Below, in pieces: positions 39,826 through 50,660 of a stretch of DNA of 64,000 bases. Source of the stretch: Emiliania huxleyi CCMP1516 (lineage: Eukaryota); NCBI RefSeq assembly GCF_000372725.1, contig NW_005201360.1, forward strand, positions 146,881 through 210,880, given 5' to 3'. The first letter of the stretch is position 1, and the number at the start of each line of letters is the position of its first letter. The notes beneath the pieces are model-generated. The model searched no databases and was not told where the DNA came from. It saw nothing but the letters and a program-made list of their open reading frames with translations. The position numbers and the translations under genes were made by a program.

Positions 39826-41112
39826 TCACCCGTCCGGCTTGTCGAGCGGTGGGCCCCAGAAGCCAATCTCCCCACGCGCGACGAGCGCCTCGAGCGTCGC
39901 CTCGAACGCCCGCACGCGCGCCTGCATCGCGGCCGCTCTCTCCGGCGCGAAGCCCACCCGGCACACCATCCGACCGCGCTGGTCGTCGGGCAGCCTGGCG
40001 CACGCCGCTCCCGCGTCGCCCGCCGCCGCGGCCGCCTCCACCTCCCTGTCCAGCAGGGTGGGCGCGACCAGCTTCGCCACGGAGCGCGCCGCGATCGACT
40101 CGAACGAGCCCGCGCAGCCAAAGACGTACTCGATGCGGGGCTTGGAGCGCACGAGCAGGCGGCGCGCGGTCGGGTGGGACCTCTGCCGGACCAGCAGCGT
40201 TGCGCCGGGCCGCATCAGCGCCTCCCGCGCGTCGAGCATCTTCGGCAGGTCCTTGTACAGCTCCGCTCCGGCCTTGGCCTCGACGACCGCGGCGAGCACG
40301 CCGTCGGCGCCGTCAGCGGCCGGCTCGATGGCGAGCGCGTCGAACTCGGCCTTGAGCGACGGCGGCAGCGGCGCGCCGCTCGCGACGACCGCACAGTTGG
40401 CGAGCACCTCGCAGCGCGGCCACCGCCCGCGCGCCCAGCTGCAGGCCTCCTGCTCATGCTCCGCGCCGCGCCGCTGCCCCGCCGGCGACGGCTCGCGGAG
40501 CAGCTCCGGCGGCGCGGCGCGGATGTGCGAGGCCAGCGCGAAGAGCAGCGGGCCGCCGGTCGGGTGTTCCGCGCACCGCGCGCGCACCGCCGCGAGCGTG
40601 CTCTGCAGCTCGCGGCTCGCCTCCGCCGCCTCTGCGGTCAGGACTTGTCTGCGGTGACTTGGCAGCCTCGGGCCGAGCTTGTCGATCCTGGCGAGCGCCG
40701 TGGCGTGCAGCGCGTCCGCTAGCGCGGCAGCGCGCCCGTCGGCGATGCACACGCCGATCTCGGCCTTGATGCAGTCGCGGTCCAAGCCGGGCCAGTGCCT
40801 CTTGCACGCCGCCATCAGCTTCGCCTCGCGCTCGCCGAGAGGCGCCGCGACCATCCACTTCCACAGCGCTCCCAGCGCGTCGCTGGCGTGATACACGCCG
40901 CTCGCCGGCATTTGCACCGGGTGCCGTAGCACAGGCGAGAGCTCGACGAACCGCGCTGCTGCGGCGGGATGCGACGACGTCAAGGCGATCACAAGCGACC
41001 GGAAGCGCACCGGTGAGAGCGCACGCAAGAGTCGGCGCGACATTGGCATGGCCAGCAAGGCGACCGTTGAGGCGGCGAGAGCAGCCAATGGGAGCAACCG
41101 TGGCCGCGACAT
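39826..41112 (-). CDS. Intronless protein with hydrophobic N-terminus and putative PD-(D/E)xK nuclease-fold domain
   Basis: MSRPRLLPLAALAASTVALLAMP; RRGAEHEQ..LKAEFDALAI..AAVVEAKAG..DLPKM. Confidence 0.6.
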   Translation of the reverse strand: MSRPRLLPLAALAASTVALLAMPMSRRLLRALSPVRFRSLVIALTSSHPAAAARFVELSPVLRHPVQMPASGVYHASDALGALWKWMVAAPLGEREAKLMAACKRHWPGLDRDCIKAEIGVCIADGRAAALADALHATALARIDKLGPRLPSHRRQVLTAEAAEASRELQSTLAAVRARCAEHPTGGPLLFALASHIRAAPPELLREPSPAGQRRGAEHEQEACSWARGRWPRCEVLANCAVVASGAPLPPSLKAEFDALAIEPAADGADGVLAAVVEAKAGAELYKDLPKMLDAREALMRPGATLLVRQRSHPTARRLLVRSKPRIEYVFGCAGSFESIAARSVAKLVAPTLLDREVEAAAAAGDAGAACARLPDDQRGRMVCRVGFAPERAAAMQARVRAFEATLEALVARGEIGFWGPPLDKPDG

Positions 41113-42575
41113 GCTCTCGCCAGCCGGCCCGCAGAAGTTAGATCTAGCGATCTGAGGCACCTGCTGCTGCCGCTGCTCTGGCGGCGCCGCTGCTACTGCT
41201 GGCGGGCGGGGACGGCGCTTGTTTCCTGGCAACAATTCTTCTTCTATCGTGGCATACGGAATTGTATCATCGCACGCAATCACGCTCGGAAACTAAAACC
41301 CCTGTCGCTTGGCAAGCACTTGAATGAATGAATGATTGCAGTCTCCGTCGGTCGCACCGCCTCCGCAGACAGAGCGCCGCGGCATGGCAAAGGGCGCCAC
41401 TCTCGCCACAGCGTTCATCGCACTCGTGGCGCTCGGCCGCGCGCGACTCCCGTCTCGTTACGAGTAAGCGCACCTTTGTTTTGTTTGTTTTGACACCGAG
41501 CCCAGCCGTCGCACCGACCGACCGTGACGCGTGAGCACCGGACGGACCGCGGGGTTCGGGCCCCTCCCTGACTGACTAAGTAGCGATCCGTTTGCGTGCG
41601 ATGGAGCTCACTAGCTAGAGCTCACACTAGAGCTCATCGCATTCGCCTTGCAAAGCCAGCCAGGAACTGAGGCACCTACCTGCCCCCAGGGCCGCTGCTG
41701 CCGCTGCTCTGCGCTACCGCTGCTCTGCGGCTGTCCTGCCGTCGTTTCTTCTTTACCGTGTCTGTGGCCTGAGTCTGTGCCGTGAGTTTATTTTTACCCA
41801 GTTAGGAATTTTTTTCTCCAACCTCACCTCGGATTTTCCAACCATTTAAGAGGCTCCCGCTGATCTTAGACCGCGCAAGCACTCCAGCGTGGCTAGCCAC
41901 ACTTAGACCCGCTAGGCCTCGAGGCTCAGAACTTAGACTACTACCCAACCAGTCACACACTCCAACTGACTGCGAGATATTTACGTCACGTATATCGTAC
42001 TGGGTCACGACTCACGTAAAAGCAACTCGATTGCTTTTACGTGATTACGCGGCACGCGGCTATAGCTATTTGGGAGCTATTGCGTTACATCGCTATTTCG
42101 GGCGTAGCCCGCTGAAAGGGCAGCCGCGCATGAGATCGGGCAGATGCCCCTCCAGCTTGGCCCTGCGGAGGCATTCCTCGAAGAGCTCCCCTCCGTCTAT
42201 GTTCCACTTCCACTTGAACGCCGCCCCGGCCTCGTCCTCCTCGGCCCCGCTCTCCGTCGCCGAGGCCCTGACAGCAACGCGATGGCCCAATGCGCCGATG
42301 CGCTCGGCTCTCCATGCTCTGTGCCTCACCGCGTCGCGGCGGAGGCGGCGAGCACCTCGTGTGCCAGCGGCCCCCGCGGCCGCCGCCACCACGTAGTCCT
42401 CGTCTTCCATTTGCGGCGGGCGCCCGGCAGCCAGCGGCAGCCGGCGGCAGCCAGGTGCAGCCAGCGGCAGCGAACGCAGTACCACGCAATTCGCCGCCCT
42501 CGTCCCGCCAACTCGTACCCCCCCCCCCCCCCAATCTTCTGGTTCCACTTCCTACATATATTGTTTTGTTGTATC

Positions 42576-42808
42576 TTGTTGGCAAATCAGGACACAGAGC
42601 TCACACAAATTCACAGTGGGAGGAAAACGGCGAGTCGCAATTCCTGGGGTCCTTACGTGGCAGGCCACCCTGTCCAGAGGCGGAGGTGCCTTTCTGGGAT
42701 CTTGATATCGTCGGCCACGCTCTCCTTTCGTGGCTGATAAGCATTCGCAGACCAGGCAGATGGAGATGGCGGGGAGCACGGGTGTGACTGCTCACCAAGG
42801 CCGAGGAC
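42576..42808 (+). repeat. Dispersed repeat homologous to the 5' region of the Tudor-AP2 gene (about 12097-12336); shorter copy at about 62354-62418
   Basis: Shared GACACAGAGCTCAC, GGCCACCCTGTCCAGAGGCGGAGGTGCCTTTCTGGGATCTTG and GATGGAGATGGCGGGGAGCACGG. Confidence 0.9.
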
Positions 42809-43056
42809 TGGTAGCACGACTCGCACCGACCCTTCACGAACCGAAAGGCCGTGCCCGGCGTGCAAGGGGCACGCACGGTAATCCGGCACGTGTTTGGCGC
42901 CCCATTCATTCCGTTTAGTTAGTTAGGGCTGGGTTGTTTTGTAATCCCCACACTCGCTGTCGTGGGATCGCTTGTCACTGTGTGAGAGAGGTTCTTGTTA
43001 GGATCGGTTTCTCTCTTCACCTGTGTTAGTGTCAGCGCGCGCCAGTCGTGCGAATG

Positions 43057-43098
43057 ACAATGACAATGAGTTGTTTGGTATTGCTAAAAATCTCTCTC
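43057..43098 (+). mobile_element. Extremely truncated (42-bp) insertion of the same RLE-LINE 3' terminus, 8-bp TSD
   Basis: GAGTTGTTTGGTATTGCTAAAAATCTCTCTC identical to 19010-19040; TSD TGCGAATG at 43049-43056 and 43099-43106. Confidence 0.8.
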
Positions 43099-43136
43099 TG
43101 CGAATGGGATCGCAAATTTCTCTCTTCACCTCGCCC

Positions 43137-44650
43137 CAGCCCTTCGAGTTCGCCGGCGAACTGGCGAACTGGTTCGTGAACTGGTTCGGTGAACTCGTGG
43201 TTCGTTCGGTTTCGGAGTTCGCTCTGGACGGCATCCCCTTGGTTCGCTGCATCGGTTCGGTCGTTCGCCCTTGGGTGCCCGAACCCTCGAACTAGTTCGT
43301 GAACTCGAGCCTTTTCTTTTCTCCTCCCCCCCCGACCCGCTTCACACCCGCAGGCCGAGGAAACCAGGGAAGTTCGTCTGAACTGCGAACGAACCGCGAA
43401 CGAACCGCAATATTTATATTTTGGCTCTGCAGGCCTGTATAGTCCCTGGTTGCCTACTAGAGGCCTAGTATGCCTGGACGCCTCGGGGAGCCCCCGTCTC
43501 CCCCATTCTGCTCGCCAGTCAGCACGCACGGCGCCCAGGCACCACAGGGCGGCCCTGCTCACAGCGCAGCCGGCACCATCGGGACCCTAGTCCTCGGAGC
43601 GGTCCAGCTGCGGGAACCGCTCTGGGGTGGGCGGGTCGATGCCGACCTTGAGCAGGTAGCGGCCGGAGCCGCCGTGGGCCGAGCTCGGCTCCGGCTTCGG
43701 GACAAAGAGCGCCATCCCGAACTCGTTGACCGTCGTAGAGCGGCGCCAAACGGTCTGGTAGGGGCCAGAGCCGCCCAGCTCCGGGTGAAGGGGAAGGGGT
43801 AGCAGACCGGACCCGTAGTCCTGTGGAGGGTGGACAAGGATCAGCTTGATGGGGCGGTGCCTATGAGGTGGGGAAGCAGACCTCGGAATCGGCGACCGTC
43901 GGCTCCAGCGCCAATGCCGCCGCCGCCACTGCCTCAGCTGCCTCCTTAGTGGCCATCTCGGCGCGGCGGCGCAGCTCTGCGAAAGCCTTGGCCGGCTCCT
44001 CAGCGCCATCGAGGTCAGGCCCGGCAAACGGAACGGGCGAGGCGACCCTCGGACACTTAGTACGCTGCAGGCCCGCGTCGAGGTAGCCAATCTCTTGCAG
44101 GAAACCGGCCGAAAATCGCCGCGGGTCGCTCATAGACCCGTTCGATAGACCCGTGCTCACTGAGCTCGTACTCCACGGATCCGTAGTACGGAGGCGACGT
44201 GTTGATGGTGTCGGGTGGGGGTGGCGTGTCCGTGTACGGGGGCGAGTCAGTCCGAGCTGCAGAGGTGGGCGACGCCATTGTGAGCGCGGCACGGGGGCAG
44301 AGCGACCACGAGGTCGGGACTGACACGCACTAGTTCGTTCGTCCCATCGTAGTTCGATCCACGCTCGCTTTGCTGGCCACGCGGCCAAGGTCTAGCACGT
44401 GGCGCAGTTGCGCGAGTTCGTTCGTTCAGCGCGGCTCGTGGCTGAACTGCACACGCCGAACGAACGAACTTTCACAATAATTTTCTTTTTTCCTAAGTTC
44501 GAACGGAGTTCACGAACGTTCGTTCGTTTTCGCAGTTCGCGCCTTCCACAGCCGGCGCGGTCCGTTCAGTTTCGAGGTTCGGGCTGGGCCCCGCCGGCTG
44601 CGTTCGTTCGAGTTCGGAGTTCGCGAAATCCGCGCGAACTCGAAGGGCTG
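43137..44650. mobile_element. Non-autonomous hAT-type DNA transposon with internal coding-like cargo
   Basis: 17-bp TIR CAGCCCTTCGAGTTCGC / GCGAACTCGAAGGGCTG; 8-bp TSD CCTCGCCC at 43129-43136 and 44651-44658; dense subterminal GTTCG/CGAAC motifs. Confidence 0.92.
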
Positions 44651-44874
44651 CCTCGCCCCCCCCTCCCTAATATTAACCGGTCAGAGTACATTTTGGCCGG
44701 CTAATGTTAGGGAGGGGAGGCCAAAAAACGCATAATTTTGTCCACTTACCAGGGTTAAGGGAGTACGGTGGCGGCCCGGTCGGAGTTTCTCTCCTCAACC
44801 TCACCTCGCCCTTCCAACCATTGTTGGCAGTCCGCCGCCGCCGCCTTGCTCGCCGGTCTGCTCCACCTCTCAGA

Positions 44875-46924
44875 ATGCGGACTGGCGCCGAGGAGCCAGA
44901 CTCTCCATCGTCGCGCGCGTGCAAGGTGCTGCGCCGCATGTTTGTGCAGCGGTCACTGCATGGCGATGGCGACGCCGAGGCAAAGGCGAAGCAGCGCAGC
45001 ACTCTCCCGCCGCCAGAGCCGCGTGAGGGTCACGGTCAAAAACGTGGCACGCTGCCAGAGCCGCCACCGCGTGATCTGTCGGGTCATGGTCAGAAGAGTG
45101 GCACGCTCGACACCCCGGAATGGGTCGTGACGTATGTGCGACTGCTGCGCAGCCGCTCCTTGCGCTGGCTCCTCCTGCTGCTCTGGTTCTCGCTCGCTGT
45201 CTCGGGCGCCTCCCTGTACTTTGCGCTCGCAAAACTCCTGAAGATCTCTGTCGAGCCGCCGTGGGGCTCTGAGTCGGAGGCGGCCAAGATCACCTACGAC
45301 CAGAACTTTCCTCCCATGCCGATTGTCCTCTTCGGGCTGCTGTCGACCAACCGCGTCAACGCGCCCAACCAGTCGCTGATCAACTCGGAGGCGGAGATGC
45401 AGCTCGAGCTGCTGCCGCCCTTCTTTTCGTACAACCCGGAGGGAGACCTCACCGGAGAGACGGAGAAGATAACGCTCGAGCTGAAGCAGCGCGTGCAGCC
45501 CTTCCTCGAGCCGGTCGAGTGGCCGGTCGAGGAGGAGGAGGAGGAGGAGGAGGGCGCGGGGCTCGGCCCTCCTCCAGCGCCGCCCGGCCGCTGGAGGCCA
45601 AAGTGCGAGTTCAACTTTTACTCCTTCTTCGACATGCCCCCCGAGGTGCAGATGGTGGCGCACTCCTTCCTCTTCCCGGCGAGGTCGCCGTGGAACGGGC
45701 GCTCGTGGAACGGGCAGGAGAGTGGGATGGTCGCCGTGCAGCCTCCGGGCGTGGACATGTTTAGCGTCTCTTCACGGCCTGTGGCGTGAACAGGAGGGGA
45801 TGGTCGCCGTGCACCTCGTCAGCTGCTACGGCCACGCCGTCTACGCCGAGTGCCTGTACAAGAACGACTGGTGCTGCGGGCCCGCATGCGAGCATTCTCC
45901 CCCCGCATCCTCGTCTCAAACCCTTCTCGGAGCCCCTTCCCGCAGGTTCTGCGAGCCGGTCGGCGAGCTGCTCGAGTCGTGGGAGGGGTACCGCCAGGAG
46001 CGGATCCGAGACTTGCCCGACTCGCCCGTCGACCTCACCTGCTTCTCCGAGCTGGGTCTGCGCGAGGAGATCCTCGCGGGCCCCGCCGCCCGGGAGGCGC
46101 GCAGCCCAAGCCAACGGTGCGGGGGCACAGACGGGGCGCGGGTGCGTTGACATCGTGTAGGCATCGAGTGGTCGATGGCCCTCTCTTAATCATTCGCAAT
46201 TAGTGACTGATAATTCACAAGCCGTCGTGTAGGCATCGAGTGGTCGATGGCCCTCTCGACCGTAGCAACCTTCTTCGCCTTCATCGTGCTCGCCAGCATG
46301 CTGCGCAGCCTCGGCACTGGCAGGGCCCTTCCCTCTGAATCTTCTTGGACCCTTCCTTCCAGGAGCTCGCCACACATGCTGCGCAGCCTTCCTCTTCATT
46401 AATTATCATCAAGACTACTGTCAATTCTCACTGACCAGGTGCTCGCCATCATGCTGCGCAACTTCCGCCAGCTCCACCTCGTCCTCCTCAACATCGGCGC
46501 CGTCGGAGGGACAACGCTGCTGATCATGCGCGCGCCGCCCCTCGCCTGCCCCTCGCCTCCAACTCGCCTCGGCAGAGGCGCGGCGGAAGGAGCGAGCTGG
46601 GCGCGAGCACGCGCGGGGCCGCCCTCTGGCGCAGGTACCCCATGGCGTGCTATGTGATGGACGTCTGCGTGGGCGCGCCCCCTCTCTTCATAGGAGTGGG
46701 GCTCGCCATGTCCATCGACTACTCGCTCTTCCTCCTCACGCGCTTCAACGAGGAGCCACGGCGGCCGCTCTCTCCTCTCGCCCGGAACCTTTCTCGGCAC
46801 CTTCTCGGAGCCTTCCCCGTTAGGAGCGCCTCGACGGCCGCTCGATCACGCAGTCGCTCGAGATCGCCCTCGCCACTCAGGGCCACACCATCGTCGTCTC
46901 TGGTGCCCCCCCCCCCCCCCCCCC

Positions 46925-46960
<36 letters not shown>

Positions 46961-49125
46961 ACCACCACCAACCACCACCACCACCACCACCACCACCACC
47001 ACCACCACCACCACCACCACCACCACCACCACCACCACCACCACCACCACCACCACCACCACCACTGCGACTCTGTCTTGCGACTCGAGCAGGCGCCACC
47101 CTCGCCCTCTGCTTCACCTCCATGTTCGCGCTGCCGACCTCCACAATCACCTCGATGGCGGTCAGCGCGGCGATAGCGGTGCTGCAGTCTGTGCTCGTCT
47201 CGCTCTCGCTCACGCCCGCACTGCTGCTCACCATGCCCCGCTTCTACACCGCCGACCGCATGCTCGGCCTCACCCTCGACGACACGCCCCTCGGCACCTA
47301 CCGCCGCGGGGGCTCGTCCAACCGCGCCGGCTCCGTGGCGCTGCTGGACGGGGGCGCGACGATCGACCAGTCGGTCCTCCGTAGCCCGTCGCAGCCGAAG
47401 CAGGAGTCCCTCTGGGCACGCCTCGGCCGCGGCTCGCAACGGCGCGCGCCCGCGATGGCGGTCCTCCTCCTCGCCGCCGCCGTCCCCTTCTCGGCGGCGC
47501 TCACGCGCTTCTCGTACGTCGAAGACCTGACGCCGCTGATGCAGACGACGCACCCGACCACTAAGGCCTTCCTCAAGATCCGCGACGTCTACCTGCCAGA
47601 CCTGCCGCCGCTGCAGCTCCTGATCGTGGCGCCGTCGCAGAGCGCGATGGCGAGCCGCGAGTGGTCGCTGGCGACCTGCCACATGCTGCAGGACCTCGCC
47701 ACCAAGGTGACCGATCGGATGCACGAGGAGGGGCACGACTGCACCATGTACGACATATCCAGGACATGTCCATGACACGTCCAACACGTGTCCCATAGGA
47801 GGGGTACGACTACACCATGACGGCGGCCGACTTCAGCGGTCTGATGATCCTGCGCGGCGGCTGCCTCGCCGAAGGCCTCTATTTTGGCGTGATCGACGTG
47901 ATGCCCGCCGCGTACTGGTCCGGCTTCTACGACATGGCTGCCACGATGCTCCACAACCGCGAGCAGACGGCGACTCGGGTCATCGTGCGCTGCCAGGTCG
48001 ACTTCAACTCGTACGCCGGCGAGGCGTGGATGCGCGCGATGCGCTCCTCGCTGCCGCGGCCTGAAGTGATTCGGCAGCCGCTCGGGACCAGGACGCAGAC
48101 TCATCGACCAGCAAATTGATGCTTCATCCATTCGTCAATAGGCAGCCGCTCGGGGACCAGGACGCAGACTCGATGGACTTCGTCGCGTACGGCCGCTGGG
48201 ACGGCGTCGAGATCGGTTCGCTCCACCTGTATGGCAAGTCGCTCGATCAGATGGACGGCGCGCAGTACACGCTGCGCCGGATGCCTTACGTCGGCCTGGC
48301 CATCGCCGCGATCGTCTGCATCATCCTGGGCGGGCCAGGAGGAGGAGTTGTGACTTCTCACCAGAGTGACTCATGGTGACTGTGTGATACGATCATCACA
48401 GGCGGCTCGTTCGGCACGGCGCTCGTCCCCGTCCGCGCCGTGATTTGCATCTCGTGGATGCTCGTCGTCACGATTGGCGCGTCGGTGATGGTGTACCAGC
48501 TCGGCTACCTCGAGGGACTCGGGATCCAGGCCCTCGCCCCGTCGGGGGAGAGACAGGCACTCTTCTGGCTCTCGCCCACGATCACGCTGGCCATCCTCGT
48601 CGGGCTCGGCCTCGACTACGACATCTTCCTGATGGACTCGGTCATGGAGCACTGGCAGGAGGGCAAGGACGCCCGGTCGGCCGTGACCGCCGCGCTCGAC
48701 CAGGCGGGCACCATCATCTCGGCCGCCGGCATCATCATGTTCCTCGCTTTCTCCGCGATGCTCGCGTCGACGACGCCGATGCTCAACCAGGTCGGCTTCA
48801 TGCTCTGCGTCGGCGTCCTCCTCGACTGCTTCGTGACGACAAAGGTTTACCCCTACCCCCCCCCAACCGCCACCACCAATACCCCCCCCCCCCCACGAGC
48901 CCTTTGCCTTATCGTAGCCTCGGTGCCCTCTCCACCCACCGCACTCTCTCTCTCTCTGTGGGGCAGGTCACCATTCCGACCCTCATGGCGCTCGTCCCCG
49001 ACAACGCCAACTTTTGGCCGCTCGAGCAAAAGACGTCGAAGCGGGAACGGGCCTTCGGTGGGCAAACAGTCTTCGTACAACGCCCCCCGCCATCGATTCG
49101 CCGCTCGCTCTCTTGGTCGCACTAA
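44875..49125 (+). CDS. MMPL-family (RND superfamily) membrane transporter, multi-exon
   Basis: PPWGSESEAA; VGLAMSIDYSLFLLTRFNEE..GHTIVVSGATL; LSLTPALL; LVGLGLDYDIFLMDSVME..GTIISAAGIIM..GVLLDCFV..IPTLM..NFWP. Start 44875 or 44938. Confidence 0.88.
46904..47065. repeat. Compound poly-C/(CA)n/(CCA)n microsatellite in an MMPL intron
   Basis: Direct reading. Confidence 0.95.
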
Positions 49126-49357
49126 GTATTTAGTTGGTCGCTCGCTGTCGCGCGCGGTACCATGTGGGTAAGCGACATGAGGTACGTGCACGTGGGTTCA
49201 TTGTTGTACATTTTCGTGATGGGCGGCGAAAGACAGAGTTTTGCCAGCGCGATTTCTTTTCATCAACCCCCAGGAGGGGGGCCCATAAGGGGGGAGGTGG
49301 GGCGACGAATTCCTTGGACCTTGCTCGTTCCCGCTCTCCCTGCTGTTCCTTTGCCAA

Positions 49358-50290
49358 ATGCTGCTCCTCTACTCCTCTCTTCTCTGTGCTCCCGTCCCAG
49401 CTGACGAAGTGTACTGGGCTCCCGCTCCGCAACCGGCTCCGGCGGCAGCAGCCCACACGTCGGCGACAGTTCCCGACGCATCCGCTGCGATCTTCGCGGC
49501 TGCCGATGCCACATCGCGGCTGCACGCGCTCGACGCGGATGAAGCCTCAGCGGCAAATGACAAGCTTTTCGCCGCATTGGCTTCGCACAACGCCGATGAG
49601 GCCGCGACTGCCGCCAACATCGCGGCCAACAAGGCTGGCGTTGCTGCCGGCTCGGGATTTGCCGAGGCAGCGGCCGAGTTTTCAAACTGGCTCAGCACTG
49701 AGGAGGGACAGTTGGCGCTTGAAGCTGCCATTGAGCATTCCCGGCCTTCGCCCGAAGCTGTGGCGGCAGTGGCCAACGAAGCTGCAGAGCAGACCGCTGA
49801 GATCGCAGATGTCAAATCGGGAGAAGCAATCGAGGTGGGCGGTGTGGCAGTTCCGCTTGTCGCCTCGGCGGTGGCCACAGCGGCTCGGCTACTGCTGACA
49901 ACGTACCGCCGCCAGGGTCTGGGAGGCCTCGGTAGGATTGCGCCGCAGCTCCTCACCCCTCTTGAGATGTATGCGGCGGACGCCATCACCTCTGGGCACA
50001 TCAAGACGCTGGACCGAATCCGCTACGAGGCTGCACAGATCCCAAATCGCCGGGAGGAGTTCACGGTCATCCCCAAGGCGGAGGCGGCCATCGATTCAGC
50101 GCTCCTTTTGGCCACCTCCGCCGGGGCAGCAGCCCACGCAGGCGCCGTCTCGGCGGCCTCGGGCGCAGCTTCCACGCTCACTGACGCGACAAACTCGTGG
50201 CGCGTGAGCGAGGACACGCCGGCGACCGCTGCGCCACCTGATGCCTCGACCCGCTGCCGCGAGAGAGGATGCAAGGGTGCAGGTGAGTGA
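49358..50290 (+). CDS. Ala-rich predicted secreted or membrane protein of unknown function
   Basis: ATG ORF of 310 aa with hydrophobic N-terminus MLLLYSSLLCAP; no family recognised. Confidence 0.55.
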   Translation: MLLLYSSLLCAPVPADEVYWAPAPQPAPAAAAHTSATVPDASAAIFAAADATSRLHALDADEASAANDKLFAALASHNADEAATAANIAANKAGVAAGSGFAEAAAEFSNWLSTEEGQLALEAAIEHSRPSPEAVAAVANEAAEQTAEIADVKSGEAIEVGGVAVPLVASAVATAARLLLTTYRRQGLGGLGRIAPQLLTPLEMYAADAITSGHIKTLDRIRYEAAQIPNRREEFTVIPKAEAAIDSALLLATSAGAAAHAGAVSAASGAASTLTDATNSWRVSEDTPATAAPPDASTRCRERGCKGAGE

Positions 50291-50543
50291 GGGCTGGGCA
50301 CGCCGCGTCAACGCCAGCGCAAAACTCGAAACAAGACACCTTGACAACATGCACATAGCATGTGCATACGGGGGGGGTGCTCCCCGCCCGCCGTGTCGGA
50401 GAGTAGCGACAGAGCGCAGCGAGTCTGATGCGAAGAATACATTGTGTGTCTGTGTGCCTCGTTTGTGTCAAGTGCATGTTGTATCGGGGAAATGACGCGT
50501 GCATTCTCTCTACCCCGAGGCGACAGCGCGACACGTGAACGTG

Positions 50544-50570
50544 TCACACACACACACACACACACCGCAC

Positions 50571-50660
<90 letters not shown>

